A stretch of 36,437 bases of DNA from a virus (IMGVR_UViG_3300012952_000048:1-36437); one strand, 5' to 3'; positions 1 through 9,004 are shown, counted from the stretch's first letter. Translations and numbers: made by a program. The notes: generated by a model not told the origin, from the sequence alone.

Positions 1-123
1 ATGGAGCAGGAGCGCCTTGAGATCGAAGCCTATGAAATGGAGCAGCTTGAGATTCAAGAAGACTCCGAGCGCTTCCGCTATGAAGAGATCGCCTCTTCCC
101 TTGGCTTCTCAGAGTACAGCTAA
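1..123 (+). CDS. 3' part of a small acidic hypothetical protein (probably truncated by the window edge)
   Basis: Open frame from base 1 to TAA at 121-123, followed by the typical AACGGAGA leader of the next gene. Confidence 0.5.
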   Translation: MEQERLEIEAYEMEQLEIQEDSERFRYEEIASSLGFSEYS

Positions 124-156
124 CCAAAAGACCAACGACCAACGGAGATAACCACC

Positions 157-354
157 ATGAAATGCCTTGAAACATTGCCAACCAGAAAAGAAGACCTCGC
201 AGAGGGGACACCTAACCCCGAACTGATCATCGCTCTTAATAGGCAGATGAACGCTCAAGCGGAGCGCATTAAGGCGCTGCTCAGCCACATCGGACAGAAC
301 ACCGAAATCGAAGAAATCGAAGACGAAGACGAATTAATCCTTGACGTAGCGTAA
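157..354 (+). CDS. hypothetical protein, acidic C-terminus
   Basis: CAACGGAGA RBS upstream; 65 aa. Confidence 0.75.
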   Translation: MKCLETLPTRKEDLAEGTPNPELIIALNRQMNAQAERIKALLSHIGQNTEIEEIEDEDELILDVA

Positions 355-369
355 AGTGCGATATATAAT
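341..369 (+). promoter_or_regulatory. sigma70-like promoter with operator-like palindrome
   Basis: TTGACG-17 bp-TATAAT; spacer TAGCGTAAAGTGCGATA. Confidence 0.8.
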
Positions 370-404
370 AAAAGAGTAACCACCAAGACCACAACGGAAA
401 AAAA

Positions 405-668
405 ATGACAACCTCAGTATTCATCGTCCTGACTCACACCGCCGAATTTCTCGGCGTATTCAATAACAAGAAAGACGCTTGCTATGCAGCAGTGAACAGA
501 GGAAACTTTTACGATCTTGTTGAGAAGACAGACTTCGATCCCTCTTTTCGGCGCGGAAGACGAACAGTGTATCGCCGAGAAGGAGGAAAGGGAGAGGAAG
601 GCTTCGTCGAAGTCGTCGAAGCAATCGTCGCGAGCGACGAGCAAGGAAACATGAACTTCTACATGTAA
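405..668 (+). CDS. hypothetical protein
   Basis: Directly downstream of promoter and CAACGGA leader. Confidence 0.75.
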   Translation: MTTSVFIVLTHTAEFLGVFNNKKDACYAAVNRGNFYDLVEKTDFDPSFRRGRRTVYRREGGKGEEGFVEVVEAIVASDEQGNMNFYM

Positions 669-696
669 GAACAACCAACCCAACAACGGAGAAGAG

Positions 697-960
697 ATGA
701 AAACCTATATCGTCACAGGACAAATTGCGTTCTCGTATAAATTTGAGATTGAAGCGGAAGACGAAGCCGAAGCGGGAGCAGAGGCAAACGAGCGAGCATC
801 GAACGCTCTGCATAGCAACGACTGCTATCATCTGACCGAGATCCATCAGGAACAGGATGAGATCTACTCGGAAGAGGAAGAGGAAGAGGAAGTCGACTCA
901 GAAGAAGAGGAAGAAGAGGAAGAGGAATCAGAACAAGAAAGCGAAGAGGAGAGCGGATAA
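697..960 (+). CDS. extremely acidic small protein with poly-Glu tail
   Basis: CAACGGAGA RBS; C-terminal runs of E. Confidence 0.75.
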   Translation: MKTYIVTGQIAFSYKFEIEAEDEAEAGAEANERASNALHSNDCYHLTEIHQEQDEIYSEEEEEEEVDSEEEEEEEEESEQESEEESG

Positions 961-1379
961 TGAAAACGACCTTTTACTATGTATGCGTCAAATACGACCC
1001 CCTTTTCGCGGAGGAGAACTTCGACCGATTTACAGCGAGCAAGTCGGAAGCGCTGAGGATTGCAAAAGAGCAGGCAAAAAACGCCCAAGAAAACACAGTG
1101 GTCGCCGTCTATCTCATGACCACCGCAGAGCTTCCAGCCAAGCGACTGATCGAAGCGGCTCTAACCCAGACAACGACCCGAAAAGGACCGCTCTGGCTTA
1201 TCGGAAACCTCTGGAGTAAGACACAGCTTATCGCGGATAATGCCGATGGGATACTGAATCTCAAGCCTCACAAGATCAAGACCCATCCGAACAAGCCTGT
1301 CGTGTGGACATCGGAAGAGAAGCCGAAAGAAAAGCCGAACGATGACGGAGACGACGACATAACCATCAGGAGAAAGTGA
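960..1379 (+). CDS. hypothetical protein
   Basis: TAATG stop/start overlap with upstream gene. Confidence 0.7.
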   Translation: MKTTFYYVCVKYDPLFAEENFDRFTASKSEALRIAKEQAKNAQENTVVAVYLMTTAELPAKRLIEAALTQTTTRKGPLWLIGNLWSKTQLIADNADGILNLKPHKIKTHPNKPVVWTSEEKPKEKPNDDGDDDITIRRK

Positions 1380-2044
1380 TGCGCTCAGACGACGAAAAGA
1401 AGCTCATAAAGAGGGGAAGAAAGGACTATATGCTCTCTCTGGTGGGTAAGCTCGCCCGATGCCTTCGGGACAACGTGAGAGCCGATATCATGGTCCAGAC
1501 AGGCAGGGATCCAGACCTCAAGCTAAAGCTCACAAGCGCCGATCATTATGTGGGCTGGACTCCGTTTGAGCTTATCGAAAAGACCACAATACCAGCCCAT
1601 CAGATGGACAGGTTCGACGCTTGCTGGAGGAATAACAGATATCAAGTCCTTTCCAGACTCATGCAGCCAACAGATGAGGACTTTGAATCCTCCATGCTCT
1701 GGCTGTCGATCAAGACTCTCCTCAATGAGCCCGTCCATGACTGGAGGGATCTCCAACGAATCAAGAACGACCTCGGAGGAACGTCCTGCACAGGGATCGA
1801 GATCTATCCTCCCAGCGCCAGCCTCGTCGATACATCGAACCAATATCATCTCTGGGTCATGAGACCTAACGTGACCATTCCCTTCGGCTACAAGACGAGA
1901 GACGTATTCCACACTCAGAAGGAGATCGAAGCTGAGTTTCCGAACTGCAAACAGCGCGACTTTAAGGAGCACCACAAGGACGAAGGGCTCGCGGATGTCG
2001 GGAAAGCTTGGAGGTATTACGAAAAAAATGAGGAATCCCCTTGA
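1376..2044 (+). CDS. conserved phage hypothetical protein (HDWRDLQRIKN...EIYP...NQYHLW motif family)
   Basis: Coupled start; motif pattern recalled from many phage hypothetical proteins. Confidence 0.75.
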   Translation: MMRSDDEKKLIKRGRKDYMLSLVGKLARCLRDNVRADIMVQTGRDPDLKLKLTSADHYVGWTPFELIEKTTIPAHQMDRFDACWRNNRYQVLSRLMQPTDEDFESSMLWLSIKTLLNEPVHDWRDLQRIKNDLGGTSCTGIEIYPPSASLVDTSNQYHLWVMRPNVTIPFGYKTRDVFHTQKEIEAEFPNCKQRDFKEHHKDEGLADVGKAWRYYEKNEESP

Positions 2045-2069
2045 CACCTAACGCATTATGTCTTATCCT
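2041..2069 (+). promoter_or_regulatory. sigma70-like promoter with operator-like palindrome
   Basis: TTGACA-17 bp-TATCCT; TAACGCATTATGTCTTA at 2049-2065. Confidence 0.7.
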
Positions 2070-2075
2070 TTAATT

Positions 2076-2195
2076 CATAAGCTTCTGTCGGGCGCCTCGC
2101 CCAACGGAAAGGGGGAACTATGGAAAAATCCCCAATACCTTTTCTCTATCAGTGGGATGACGGACTGAGAAGACGACAGCGGGGATTTTATAATA
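2076..2195 (+). ncRNA. candidate small structured RNA (alternatively a 26-aa ORF at 2120-2200)
   Basis: Own promoter; CTGTCG/CGACAG, GGGCG/CGCCC, TCAGT/ACTGA and AAAATCCCC/GGGGATTTT complementarities. Confidence 0.4.
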
Positions 2196-2283
2196 TATAA
2201 GGCGCCACTTAAAACCACGCAAAATAAAATGCAGACCATGCATTCGATTAGATGTTTATTTTGATTTATTTTCACTCTTATCC

Positions 2284-2311
2284 TTGACTCTAACGTATTA
2301 TGTGCTATCTT
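2284..2311 (+). promoter_or_regulatory. sigma70-like promoter with operator-like palindrome (ardC)
   Basis: TTGACT-16 bp-TATCTT; TAACGTATTATGTGCTA. Confidence 0.8.
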
Positions 2312-2347
2312 GTATGTGTAACCACAAAACACCAACGGAGAAACATC

Positions 2348-3259
2348 ATGGCTAAATCAAAACTGACATCAAAGCAAAAAGCAGACATCTTTTATCAGGG
2401 CATCACCGACGCTCTCGTCGACGCAATCGAAAACGGCGCGACTTCATGGGTCAAGTGCTGGAACGGCGCCGATCTTAGCGAAGTCCCTCACAATCCCGTC
2501 ACAGGCTCAACCTATAAAGGAATGAATACATTCTGGCTCTGGCTTATTGCTGGCGCTAAGGGCTACAGCGACAACCGCTGGGGAACCTTCAACAATATCC
2601 GCAAGCTTAACGGAAAAGGTGTCCGCAAAGGCGAGAAGGGAACCAAGGTCGCATTCTGGAAGCCCATCTTCAAAGAGAACGATGCTGGAGAGATGGAGCT
2701 TGTCACCTTCTACGTCAAGGAATGGACCGTCTTTAACTACGACCAAGCTGACGACATGCCCGAAGCGGACAAGTCCGAGCAGACGACTGGAGACCTCAAC
2801 GAGGTAGCGCAGGCATACCTTGACGGTGAGAAGATAGAGGTAACCTTCGGCGGGAATAGAGCATGCTACAGCCCCACAGGAGACTACATCAAGATGCCAC
2901 ACCAGAGCGCTTTCACCTCTGACGCTGAATTCACTTCTACTCTCTTCCATGAGATCGCTCACAGCACAGGACACAAGAGCCGCCTCAACCGTCTGGAAGA
3001 CGGCGCCTTCATGGGCTCCCACGCTTACTCTTTTGAAGAGCTTGTCGCCGAGTTCACCGCTGTTTTCATGTGCGCCCAGCTTGGCATCTTGGACCAGCAT
3101 GACGCGACATTCAAGAACAGCGCTGCTTATCTCCACTCTTGGAGCAAGCGCCTTAAGGAGAACCCTGACTGGGCTCCTCGCGCCGCTCAGAAGGCACAGA
3201 AAGCATGTGAGAGAATCCTCTCTCACTCCGCAGAGAAAGAGGAAGAGGTCGCCGCATAG
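2348..3259 (+). CDS. ardC: ArdC-like antirestriction / ssDNA-binding protein with zincin-like (MPTase) domain
   Basis: PHNPVTGSTYKGMN, WGTF..VRKGEKG, HEIAHSTGH..RLNR and YSFEELVAE motifs; start at ATG after AACGGAGA. Confidence 0.9.
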   Translation: MAKSKLTSKQKADIFYQGITDALVDAIENGATSWVKCWNGADLSEVPHNPVTGSTYKGMNTFWLWLIAGAKGYSDNRWGTFNNIRKLNGKGVRKGEKGTKVAFWKPIFKENDAGEMELVTFYVKEWTVFNYDQADDMPEADKSEQTTGDLNEVAQAYLDGEKIEVTFGGNRACYSPTGDYIKMPHQSAFTSDAEFTSTLFHEIAHSTGHKSRLNRLEDGAFMGSHAYSFEELVAEFTAVFMCAQLGILDQHDATFKNSAAYLHSWSKRLKENPDWAPRAAQKAQKACERILSHSAEKEEEVAA

Positions 3260-3270
3260 GCGCCTCCTCT

Positions 3271-3290
3271 GCCCCTTCGGGGGCTTTTTT
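3271..3290 (+). terminator. intrinsic terminator
   Basis: GCCCC-TTCG-GGGGC followed by T6. Confidence 0.9.
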
Positions 3291-3343
3291 CGGTTTCTAT
3301 TCGATGCGCTGCTCGCCAATGCAAAAATAATCGATCTTTTTCC

Positions 3344-3371
3344 TTGACTATAATACAGAATGCGCTATTAT
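3344..3371 (+). promoter_or_regulatory. sigma70-like promoter with operator-like palindrome
   Basis: TTGACT-16 bp-TATTAT; TAATACAGAATGCGCTA. Confidence 0.75.
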
Positions 3372-3415
3372 TAAAGGGTAAGCAAAACAAAACAAAACAA
3401 AACGGAGTAACCAAA

Positions 3416-3682
3416 ATGTTCAACACTTCCCTTCTCTCAGACCAAATCGCAGAATCAGCAATCGCCATTATTGACGATGGAAACCTCTGGAGCGAAGGCA
3501 CCTGCACCATCATGGACATGTTCGCAGATGTCGAGGCTTACCTCCAGAACGATGATCAGATGATCTCACACAGCATCATCGACGCTCTCCTCGTTATGCT
3601 GATGGGTGAGTATGACGAGGACATGGACGGCTCCCTTCCTGAGTGGTATCTCCACAACGAAGGATACTACGACAGAGGCTAA
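3416..3682 (+). CDS. small acidic hypothetical protein
   Basis: ATG after AAACGGAG; monocistronic promoter-gene-terminator unit; 88 aa. Confidence 0.8.
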   Translation: MFNTSLLSDQIAESAIAIIDDGNLWSEGTCTIMDMFADVEAYLQNDDQMISHSIIDALLVMLMGEYDEDMDGSLPEWYLHNEGYYDRG

Positions 3683-3686
3683 ACTC

Positions 3687-3711
3687 AGCCCCTTCGGGGG
3701 CTTTTTTTTTT
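3687..3711 (+). terminator. intrinsic terminator
   Basis: AGCCCC-TTCG-GGGGCT followed by long T tract. Confidence 0.9.
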
Positions 3712-3761
3712 GCCTCTATTCGACATGCTGCGCTCTATTGGGGAATAGTTTAAAATAATCC

Positions 3762-3790
3762 TTGACATAACCTATTATGTGTTATAAGAT
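3762..3790 (+). promoter_or_regulatory. sigma70-like promoter with operator-like palindrome
   Basis: TTGACA-17 bp-TAAGAT; spacer TAACCTATTATGTGTTA. Confidence 0.8.
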
Positions 3791-3818
3791 AAGAACATAA
3801 CCAAGACGGAGAAAACAA

Positions 3819-3944
3819 ATGACCCGCAAAGAAGCGAACGCAAACTCAGAAGTAAAGTACAGCCCCCGCAAGGAAAGCCGCAAGGCATTCCACAAGGCAA
3901 CCCGACAAGCCTCTAAGAAGGCTCTCAAAGCCCACATCGGCTAA
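3819..3944 (+). CDS. 41-aa basic microprotein (MTRKEANANSEVKYSPRKESRKAFHKATRQASKKALKAHIG)
   Basis: ACGGAGA RBS directly after promoter; below ORF-track cutoff. Confidence 0.7.
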   Translation: MTRKEANANSEVKYSPRKESRKAFHKATRQASKKALKAHIG

Positions 3945-3961
3945 ACCAACGGAGAAAACCA

Positions 3962-4084
3962 ATGACCCGCAACCAAGTTCAAAACATGATCAATAACGGA
4001 TGGAAGGTTCGCAACCTGAGACGATGCACCCGCAGCGCCAAGAACACGCGGCCCATCCAAGTCTGGATGAAGACATCTAACTAA
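3962..4084 (+). CDS. 40-aa basic microprotein (MTRNQVQNMINNGWKVRNLRRCTRSAKNTRPIQVWMKTSN)
   Basis: AACGGAGA RBS; start region nearly identical to that of the preceding gene. Confidence 0.7.
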   Translation: MTRNQVQNMINNGWKVRNLRRCTRSAKNTRPIQVWMKTSN

Positions 4085-4133
4085 CCACACCACCGACCCC
4101 CTCTCCGAGAGGAGGGGGGAAAGGAGACCCACC

Positions 4134-4352
4134 ATGAAGGCAGGCGACACCATTGTCATCGCTCCAACCAAGGGAGCAAACCAAAGGACAAAGAACAGGA
4201 TCCGCGAGCATGGAAGCACCTTCAAAGTAATCAGCGCCCCTCAACCATGCTCCTGCTTTCAAGGGATGATCGGTGTTCTTCTTGACGCTCCAGACGGCTG
4301 GAGAGGAAGCCTTCAAGTCAGGCACATAAAAATAATCGATCTTTTTTCTTGA
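4134..4352 (+). CDS. hypothetical protein
   Basis: AAGGAG RBS; 72 aa. Confidence 0.65.
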   Translation: MKAGDTIVIAPTKGANQRTKNRIREHGSTFKVISAPQPCSCFQGMIGVLLDAPDGWRGSLQVRHIKIIDLFS

Positions 4353-4377
4353 CATATCTTATTGTGCGTTATAAGCT
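4349..4377 (+). promoter_or_regulatory. sigma70-like promoter with operator-like palindrome
   Basis: TTGACA-17 bp-TAAGCT; spacer TATCTTATTGTGCGTTA. Confidence 0.75.
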
Positions 4378-4408
4378 ATCTATGTAAACAACCAACGGAG
4401 ACCACCTC

Positions 4409-4603
4409 ATGAACTATTCAATCAGAACTCAAGGCTTATACGGAAAAGCGACAAGACCTTCAAAAAATGGATACTGGACTATAACCTTCCGAGGAAGGCT
4501 CGCGGCTCAACTCTTCGGAACCGTCAGCGAGATGAAGCGAGAAGCGAAGAAGATCGTCAAGTCCTACGGATTAGAGTCGAAAGTCATTTTCACAAAGTAC
4601 TAA
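4409..4603 (+). CDS. small basic hypothetical protein
   Basis: CAACGGAGA RBS after promoter. Confidence 0.75.
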   Translation: MNYSIRTQGLYGKATRPSKNGYWTITFRGRLAAQLFGTVSEMKREAKKIVKSYGLESKVIFTKY

Positions 4604-4612
4604 TCTTTTTCC

Positions 4613-4641
4613 TTGACATATCTCATAGTGCGCTATAAGTT
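4613..4641 (+). promoter_or_regulatory. sigma70-like promoter with operator-like palindrome (alkB)
   Basis: TTGACA-17 bp-TAAGTT; spacer TATCTCATAGTGCGCTA. Confidence 0.75.
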
Positions 4642-4668
4642 ACTTACATAACCACAGCGGAGAAGATC

Positions 4669-5232
4669 ATGCTCAACCAAGCCGACATCACACTGACCAA
4701 CCTCTTCAGCGCCGAAGAGTCAGAGGAACTTTTCAACTCTCTGGAGAAAGCGATCCAGTGGCAGCAGAAGACGATCAAGCTGTACGGAAAGACCTTTAAC
4801 GTGCCGAGGCTCACTGCATGGTTTGGAACTGAAGGATATACCTACAGCGGGATTTTTCATCCAGCGACAGCCCTTCCCGCAGCAATCGAAAAGATCAAGA
4901 CAGCAGTCGAAGCAGAAGCAGGGCAGACATTCAATTCCGTCCTCTGCAATTTGTATCTTGACGGATCTCATTCAGTATCATGGCACTCGGACGACGAACC
5001 AGAACTCGGCGCCGATCCTGTGATCGCTTCCGTCTCTCTTGGAGGCTCAAGAGCTTTCTCTATGAAACACAAGACCGACAAGAGCGACAAAGTTAAATTA
5101 GAGCTTGAAAGCGGATCTCTTCTCATAATGGGGAAAGGAACTCAGCCGAACTATCTCCACTCGGTCCCAAAGACAAAGAAGACCGTCGCTCCCCGAATAA
5201 ATCTAACCTTCAGAACAATAGGACAACCATGA
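4669..5232 (+). CDS. alkB: AlkB-family 2OG-Fe(II) dioxygenase (ALKBH2/3-like)
   Basis: PRLTAW, NSVLCNLY, HSDDE (HxD), IASVSLG, HSVPK and RINLTFR motifs. Confidence 0.93.
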   Translation: MLNQADITLTNLFSAEESEELFNSLEKAIQWQQKTIKLYGKTFNVPRLTAWFGTEGYTYSGIFHPATALPAAIEKIKTAVEAEAGQTFNSVLCNLYLDGSHSVSWHSDDEPELGADPVIASVSLGGSRAFSMKHKTDKSDKVKLELESGSLLIMGKGTQPNYLHSVPKTKKTVAPRINLTFRTIGQP

Positions 5233-5636
5233 AAAATTGTATCATAGCACTCCCCTTTATCGACTTCCCAAGCGGAGACAGCTATCGACTTATCGAAGTC
5301 GGCGCCGATAGGCAGGGATTAGCGGATCTCTTCACTGCAATGTACAGCGGAGGATCTCCGCATGAAGGGACGAACAAGGTTAACATCCAGAAGCCCAAGA
5401 AAGACGCTATATCGCGCACCAAGGGACTTTTTGAGCGTCATGGTATGGAATGCCCCGACGACATGGTCTATATGACCTTAAACAGCAAATACGACCGATC
5501 TGAAGGAGAGAAGAACACGTTCGCCTCTGACCTTCTCCGAACCAACGACCGCAGACCTTCCGACCTTGAATTCCATGGAGCGGTTGCTCTGTTTTCCGAG
5601 AGCCTCTGGGAAGGCTGGGAAAAACAAAGCTTGTAA
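5229..5636 (+). CDS. hypothetical protein
   Basis: ATGA overlap with alkB. Confidence 0.7.
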   Translation: MKNCIIALPFIDFPSGDSYRLIEVGADRQGLADLFTAMYSGGSPHEGTNKVNIQKPKKDAISRTKGLFERHGMECPDDMVYMTLNSKYDRSEGEKNTFASDLLRTNDRRPSDLEFHGAVALFSESLWEGWEKQSL

Positions 5637-5679
5637 TACCTGATACTGTAAAGGTTTTAATTCTTGTAATTCTTAAACA

Positions 5680-5949
5680 CTAATCGGGTCTATGCTTAGC
5701 CAGCCAGTCCGCTCCAGACTCAAGCGTCCAATCCTCTCCGCCTTCTGCGTACCATACATAAAAGCCGAGATGAGGACTGACGACGATTTTTCCGTCGGTG
5801 TGTGTCCAGATAAATCCGATTCTGTTTCCCTCTGGAGACAGGATCTCGGTGGTCTTGTTTCCGAGGTATGGGTTTGTGAAGACCTCGCCTATCGTCCACT
5901 TTTGAGGGACGAGGCTTGTCGCCTTAGACGATCTCTTCTTCCGACTCAT
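5680..5949 (-). CDS. hypothetical protein
   Basis: ATGA overlap with upstream minus-strand gene; last gene of the minus-strand run. Confidence 0.65.
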   Translation of the reverse strand: MSRKKRSSKATSLVPQKWTIGEVFTNPYLGNKTTEILSPEGNRIGFIWTHTDGKIVVSPHLGFYVWYAEGGEDWTLESGADWLAKHRPD

Positions 5950-6386
5950 CCCTCATCTGCCTTGGTCAGTTTTCGCGCCATGTCTCGGAGCTTGGCTTCT
6001 TCTTCCATCTTCTTGATTGACTCCATTCCCTTCTCTATGAGAAGATGAGAATTTCTCTGAGCCAAAGAGACCGACTCGATCTGGATCTGGATAGCGTCGA
6101 AAGGGATCTTGTTAATCTGGCTCTCTACCTGCGAGATTTTCTCTGCAAGGTTGACCCTTATCGCTGTTCTCTCGTCGTTGTATGATGCGATCACCTTGTC
6201 ATAGCGCTCCCTCATCTCCTCGATGTCGTCCTTCTGTTCTCCTCTCAGCTTTTCAAGCTGTGTCTGGAACTTGTCCACAAGAGCGTCAAAGCGCTTTTGC
6301 ATACTTAAATGCTGCCATACAAGGAACGCAGCAAAGAGCCCCAGAGAACCATATTCCAGCAGGATCTCGGTTATTCCTCCTTCCAT
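5946..6386 (-). CDS. membrane-anchored coiled-coil protein, possible BhlA/UviB-like holin
   Basis: GGAGGTG RBS; N-terminal hydrophobic LLEYGSLGLFAAFLVW then heptad-rich charged region. Confidence 0.55.
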   Translation of the reverse strand: MEGGITEILLEYGSLGLFAAFLVWQHLSMQKRFDALVDKFQTQLEKLRGEQKDDIEEMRERYDKVIASYNDERTAIRVNLAEKISQVESQINKIPFDAIQIQIESVSLAQRNSHLLIEKGMESIKKMEEEAKLRDMARKLTKADEG

Positions 6387-6469
6387 TTTCTCACCTCCCT
6401 ATTCGGCTATATCTTACGCCAAAAAGCGGACAAGGGTTAGACGATTGTCCATATATGGAGCGCAGTCCA

Positions 6470-7081
6470 TCAGTAATTTTCCCGTCTTCTTGCTCGACAT
6501 CTGAAGTACTGAGAGACACCCGCGCCCTCGATCATCGGCGCTCCGTCGCATAGAAATTGCTCTCCTGTGTCGTCGTTCACAAAGATATCTCCAGCCTTCG
6601 GAGTGAATGAGCAGGTATAGGGAAGGATCACAGTGATCGTCTCTCCCTGCTCCGTTCCTGAGATCGGGTTCTTCCAGCTTGGGAGACCTCTGCTTATGGT
6701 TGCAGGATAGCAGGTCGCCAGAGATGTCCGAAACGGCGCCGAGCCTCCGTCTTCGGTCCTATAGTCCATCGTGACCGTCACACTGGACGACCATCCAGAG
6801 CAAGCCAATTGCGTGACGGTATCGAAGAGCTTGACCCCGACAGCGAGACCCTTCGTCCCAGAGCTATAGCTCTTCGGAGTTATGGTCTCTGTCTGAGCGC
6901 CTCCGTTAAGCGTCCCCGTTACGGTGACACTTCCCGCCTCATAAGGAGCTATAGCGATCTGAACCACAGCAGGAGTTATCGGGTTGCTGGTGACGGAGAT
7001 CGTCGCCGCTGCTGCTTCGCTAATCGCCTTCGTTGACTGTCTCTTAATGGTTATCCTGTCTCTGGATATGGACGCGAGCAT
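6470..7081 (-). CDS. putative virion (head-closure/neck-like) protein
   Basis: Beta-rich, Thr/Ser-rich; C-terminal PKAGDIFV...EQF pattern reminiscent of head-closure proteins; position in late module. Confidence 0.45.
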   Translation of the reverse strand: MLASISRDRITIKRQSTKAISEAAAATISVTSNPITPAVVQIAIAPYEAGSVTVTGTLNGGAQTETITPKSYSSGTKGLAVGVKLFDTVTQLACSGWSSSVTVTMDYRTEDGGSAPFRTSLATCYPATISRGLPSWKNPISGTEQGETITVILPYTCSFTPKAGDIFVNDDTGEQFLCDGAPMIEGAGVSQYFRCRARRRENY

Positions 7082-7089
7082 GTTCCCCC

Positions 7090-7998
7090 CTATGCGATGA
7101 AGATCCGCTTTTTCTTTTTCCGCTTGGGTTTCACTATAACTGGATCAGGCTTGCTTTCCAAAGCGACCACCTCTGGAGCTACAGGAGGAGGCTTAGAGAC
7201 GACCTCTGGAGCCTTTTTCTTATTCGGAGGGGGAACGATAGGCGTTACCTCCGCGATAGCTTCACGCTGCCTTTTTGCGCGTCCTGTGACCCTGCTCGCT
7301 GCCCTTCTTATTCCAAGAGCGCCCTCAAAAGGATTCCGACGAGGAGGAGCTTTCTTAGGGAGAGCCTTGCTCGCAGACTGGGTCTCTTTTGGAACCTCTT
7401 GGACGACGTACCTGACCCGCTTTCTCTGATCATCCTGTGGAGCCATTGCGCGACTAACGCAAGCCGCGAGATCCTCGATGGAGCTTATGCAGGGAATAAG
7501 CGACGATGAAGCGCGCCCACCTCCGCCATTCTGGACATGAGTCAGGGGAGATTCAACAATATCCACCTTCATCGAGCGAGAGACCTTGTCCACAATTCCC
7601 GTCGCTGTGCTGGTCCACCTTCGCGCCGAGTCTAATTTCTTGGTGTCGTGGTACTCATAGTCTGGAAGCACGCAACAGACAGAGAACCCGAGCGCTTTAA
7701 GCTCTTGGATCAAAGCCTTGTATTGTAGCCCGAACCAAGTCCGAGATCCTCCGCCAAGAGCTTCCTGATAGCCGAGAGCGACAAAGATCGTCGTCTCTTC
7801 GTTTGGCTTGCTCCATCTCACAAGCTCGGAGCCCTGTTCTCTAACCTTGGAAAGAGCATCGGAGAGACCAGAGCTAACGATGGTCCGACCCCTCATTCGG
7901 AAGACGTTGTCTCCATGCTGGAGAACGCGATCAACAAAGCCGATCTGATCTTTTGGGTTGCCGCTGATCTCGTCAGCTATGTAGAGAAATCCTTTCAT
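7090..7998 (-). CDS. hypothetical protein: alpha/beta N-terminal domain (possibly SGNH-like) plus Lys/Pro-rich tail
   Basis: GGAGG RBS; 302 aa; fold guess only. Confidence 0.6.
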   Translation of the reverse strand: MKGFLYIADEISGNPKDQIGFVDRVLQHGDNVFRMRGRTIVSSGLSDALSKVREQGSELVRWSKPNEETTIFVALGYQEALGGGSRTWFGLQYKALIQELKALGFSVCCVLPDYEYHDTKKLDSARRWTSTATGIVDKVSRSMKVDIVESPLTHVQNGGGGRASSSLIPCISSIEDLAACVSRAMAPQDDQRKRVRYVVQEVPKETQSASKALPKKAPPRRNPFEGALGIRRAASRVTGRAKRQREAIAEVTPIVPPPNKKKAPEVVSKPPPVAPEVVALESKPDPVIVKPKRKKKKRIFIA

Positions 7999-7999
7999 C

Positions 8000-9004
8000 T
8001 TAAACCTCCATCCATAGAGTGTTTTCTGGTTTCAGATACCAAGCGACGATCCGCTCGATTGTGTCATCCAAGCTCTTCGGTTTCCAGCCCATATCTTCCA
8101 TCTTGGCGCCGCATAAGGCATATCGTAGGTCATGCCCTGATCTGCTGCTGTGGAAGTCTACAAGCTCATGTATGAGCGGCTTTCCAACCCTTTCGGAGAT
8201 CATCTCTGCGAGGCTGAGATTGTCAATCTCCTTGGCTCCGACGATGTTGAACTTGTCCCCCCTTTCCAAAGTCTCATATCGAGCCATGAGAAAGAGGACC
8301 GCATCTGCGACGCAGTTCGCGTCGATATAGAAGCGGCTTCCTGCCTTGGTACAGGTTGGATCGGCATGGACAAAGATCTTCTCTCCCTTGTCGATCTTCC
8401 TGATACAAAGAGGAACGTACTTCTCTGGGTGCTGCCTGTATCCGATGACGTTCATCGTGTGAGTTATGTTAATAGGCATCCTGTAAGTGTTAGCGTATGC
8501 GAGGCATAGCTCCTCTGCTCCTGCCTTGGAGGCGCTGTATGGGTTGCCGCTGTTATATCGGTCCCATTCTTTATAGTCGACACCTTCTGGAGCCGTCCCG
8601 AACACCTCGTCGGTCGAAAAGTACAGCAGCCATTCCAGCGCTGGACAATGGTCCTTAGCGTAGTTCAAAAGGTTGCAAGTCCCGACGACATTATCCATAA
8701 CGAATTCCATGGGGAACTGGATCGACCTGTCGACATGAGAACCAGCCGCGAGATGGAGGATATGCGTTATCTCTCCGATCTGAGCCCTCACCCTGTCATT
8801 AAGATCAGCTTTCAGATCATGGAAGACGATAGAAAGGCGCTTCCTATATTCTGGATTGTCCTCGACGATATGAGCGAGACGCTCAAGGCTTCCGCTTGTG
8901 TCCAGCCTGTCAAGGCTAACGACCTCGACGGTGGTCTTCCTCAATAAATGCTCTATGATATGGGATCCAATAAACCCCGCGCCACCTGTTACCAGAACTC
9001 TCAT
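8000..9004 (-). CDS. NAD-dependent epimerase/dehydratase (dTDP-glucose 4,6-dehydratase, RmlB-like)
   Basis: MRVLVTGGAGFIGSH, HLAAGSHVDRSI, STDEV, PYSASKA (YxxxK), GHDLRYA; start at TAATG overlap with GGAGGA RBS. Confidence 0.92.
   Translation of the reverse strand: MRVLVTGGAGFIGSHIIEHLLRKTTVEVVSLDRLDTSGSLERLAHIVEDNPEYRKRLSIVFHDLKADLNDRVRAQIGEITHILHLAAGSHVDRSIQFPMEFVMDNVVGTCNLLNYAKDHCPALEWLLYFSTDEVFGTAPEGVDYKEWDRYNSGNPYSASKAGAEELCLAYANTYRMPINITHTMNVIGYRQHPEKYVPLCIRKIDKGEKIFVHADPTCTKAGSRFYIDANCVADAVLFLMARYETLERGDKFNIVGAKEIDNLSLAEMISERVGKPLIHELVDFHSSRSGHDLRYALCGAKMEDMGWKPKSLDDTIERIVAWYLKPENTLWMEV

Noticed and set aside
868-950. GAAGAG tandem repeat as a non-coding repeat
   Set aside because: It simply encodes the poly-Glu tail of the 697-960 protein
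2507-3319. Long antisense or shadow ORFs (e.g. 2507-3319, 1523-2047, 29468-29959, 21889-22398)
   Set aside because: They lie opposite well-supported genes, lack RBS or motifs, and are expected from the codon bias
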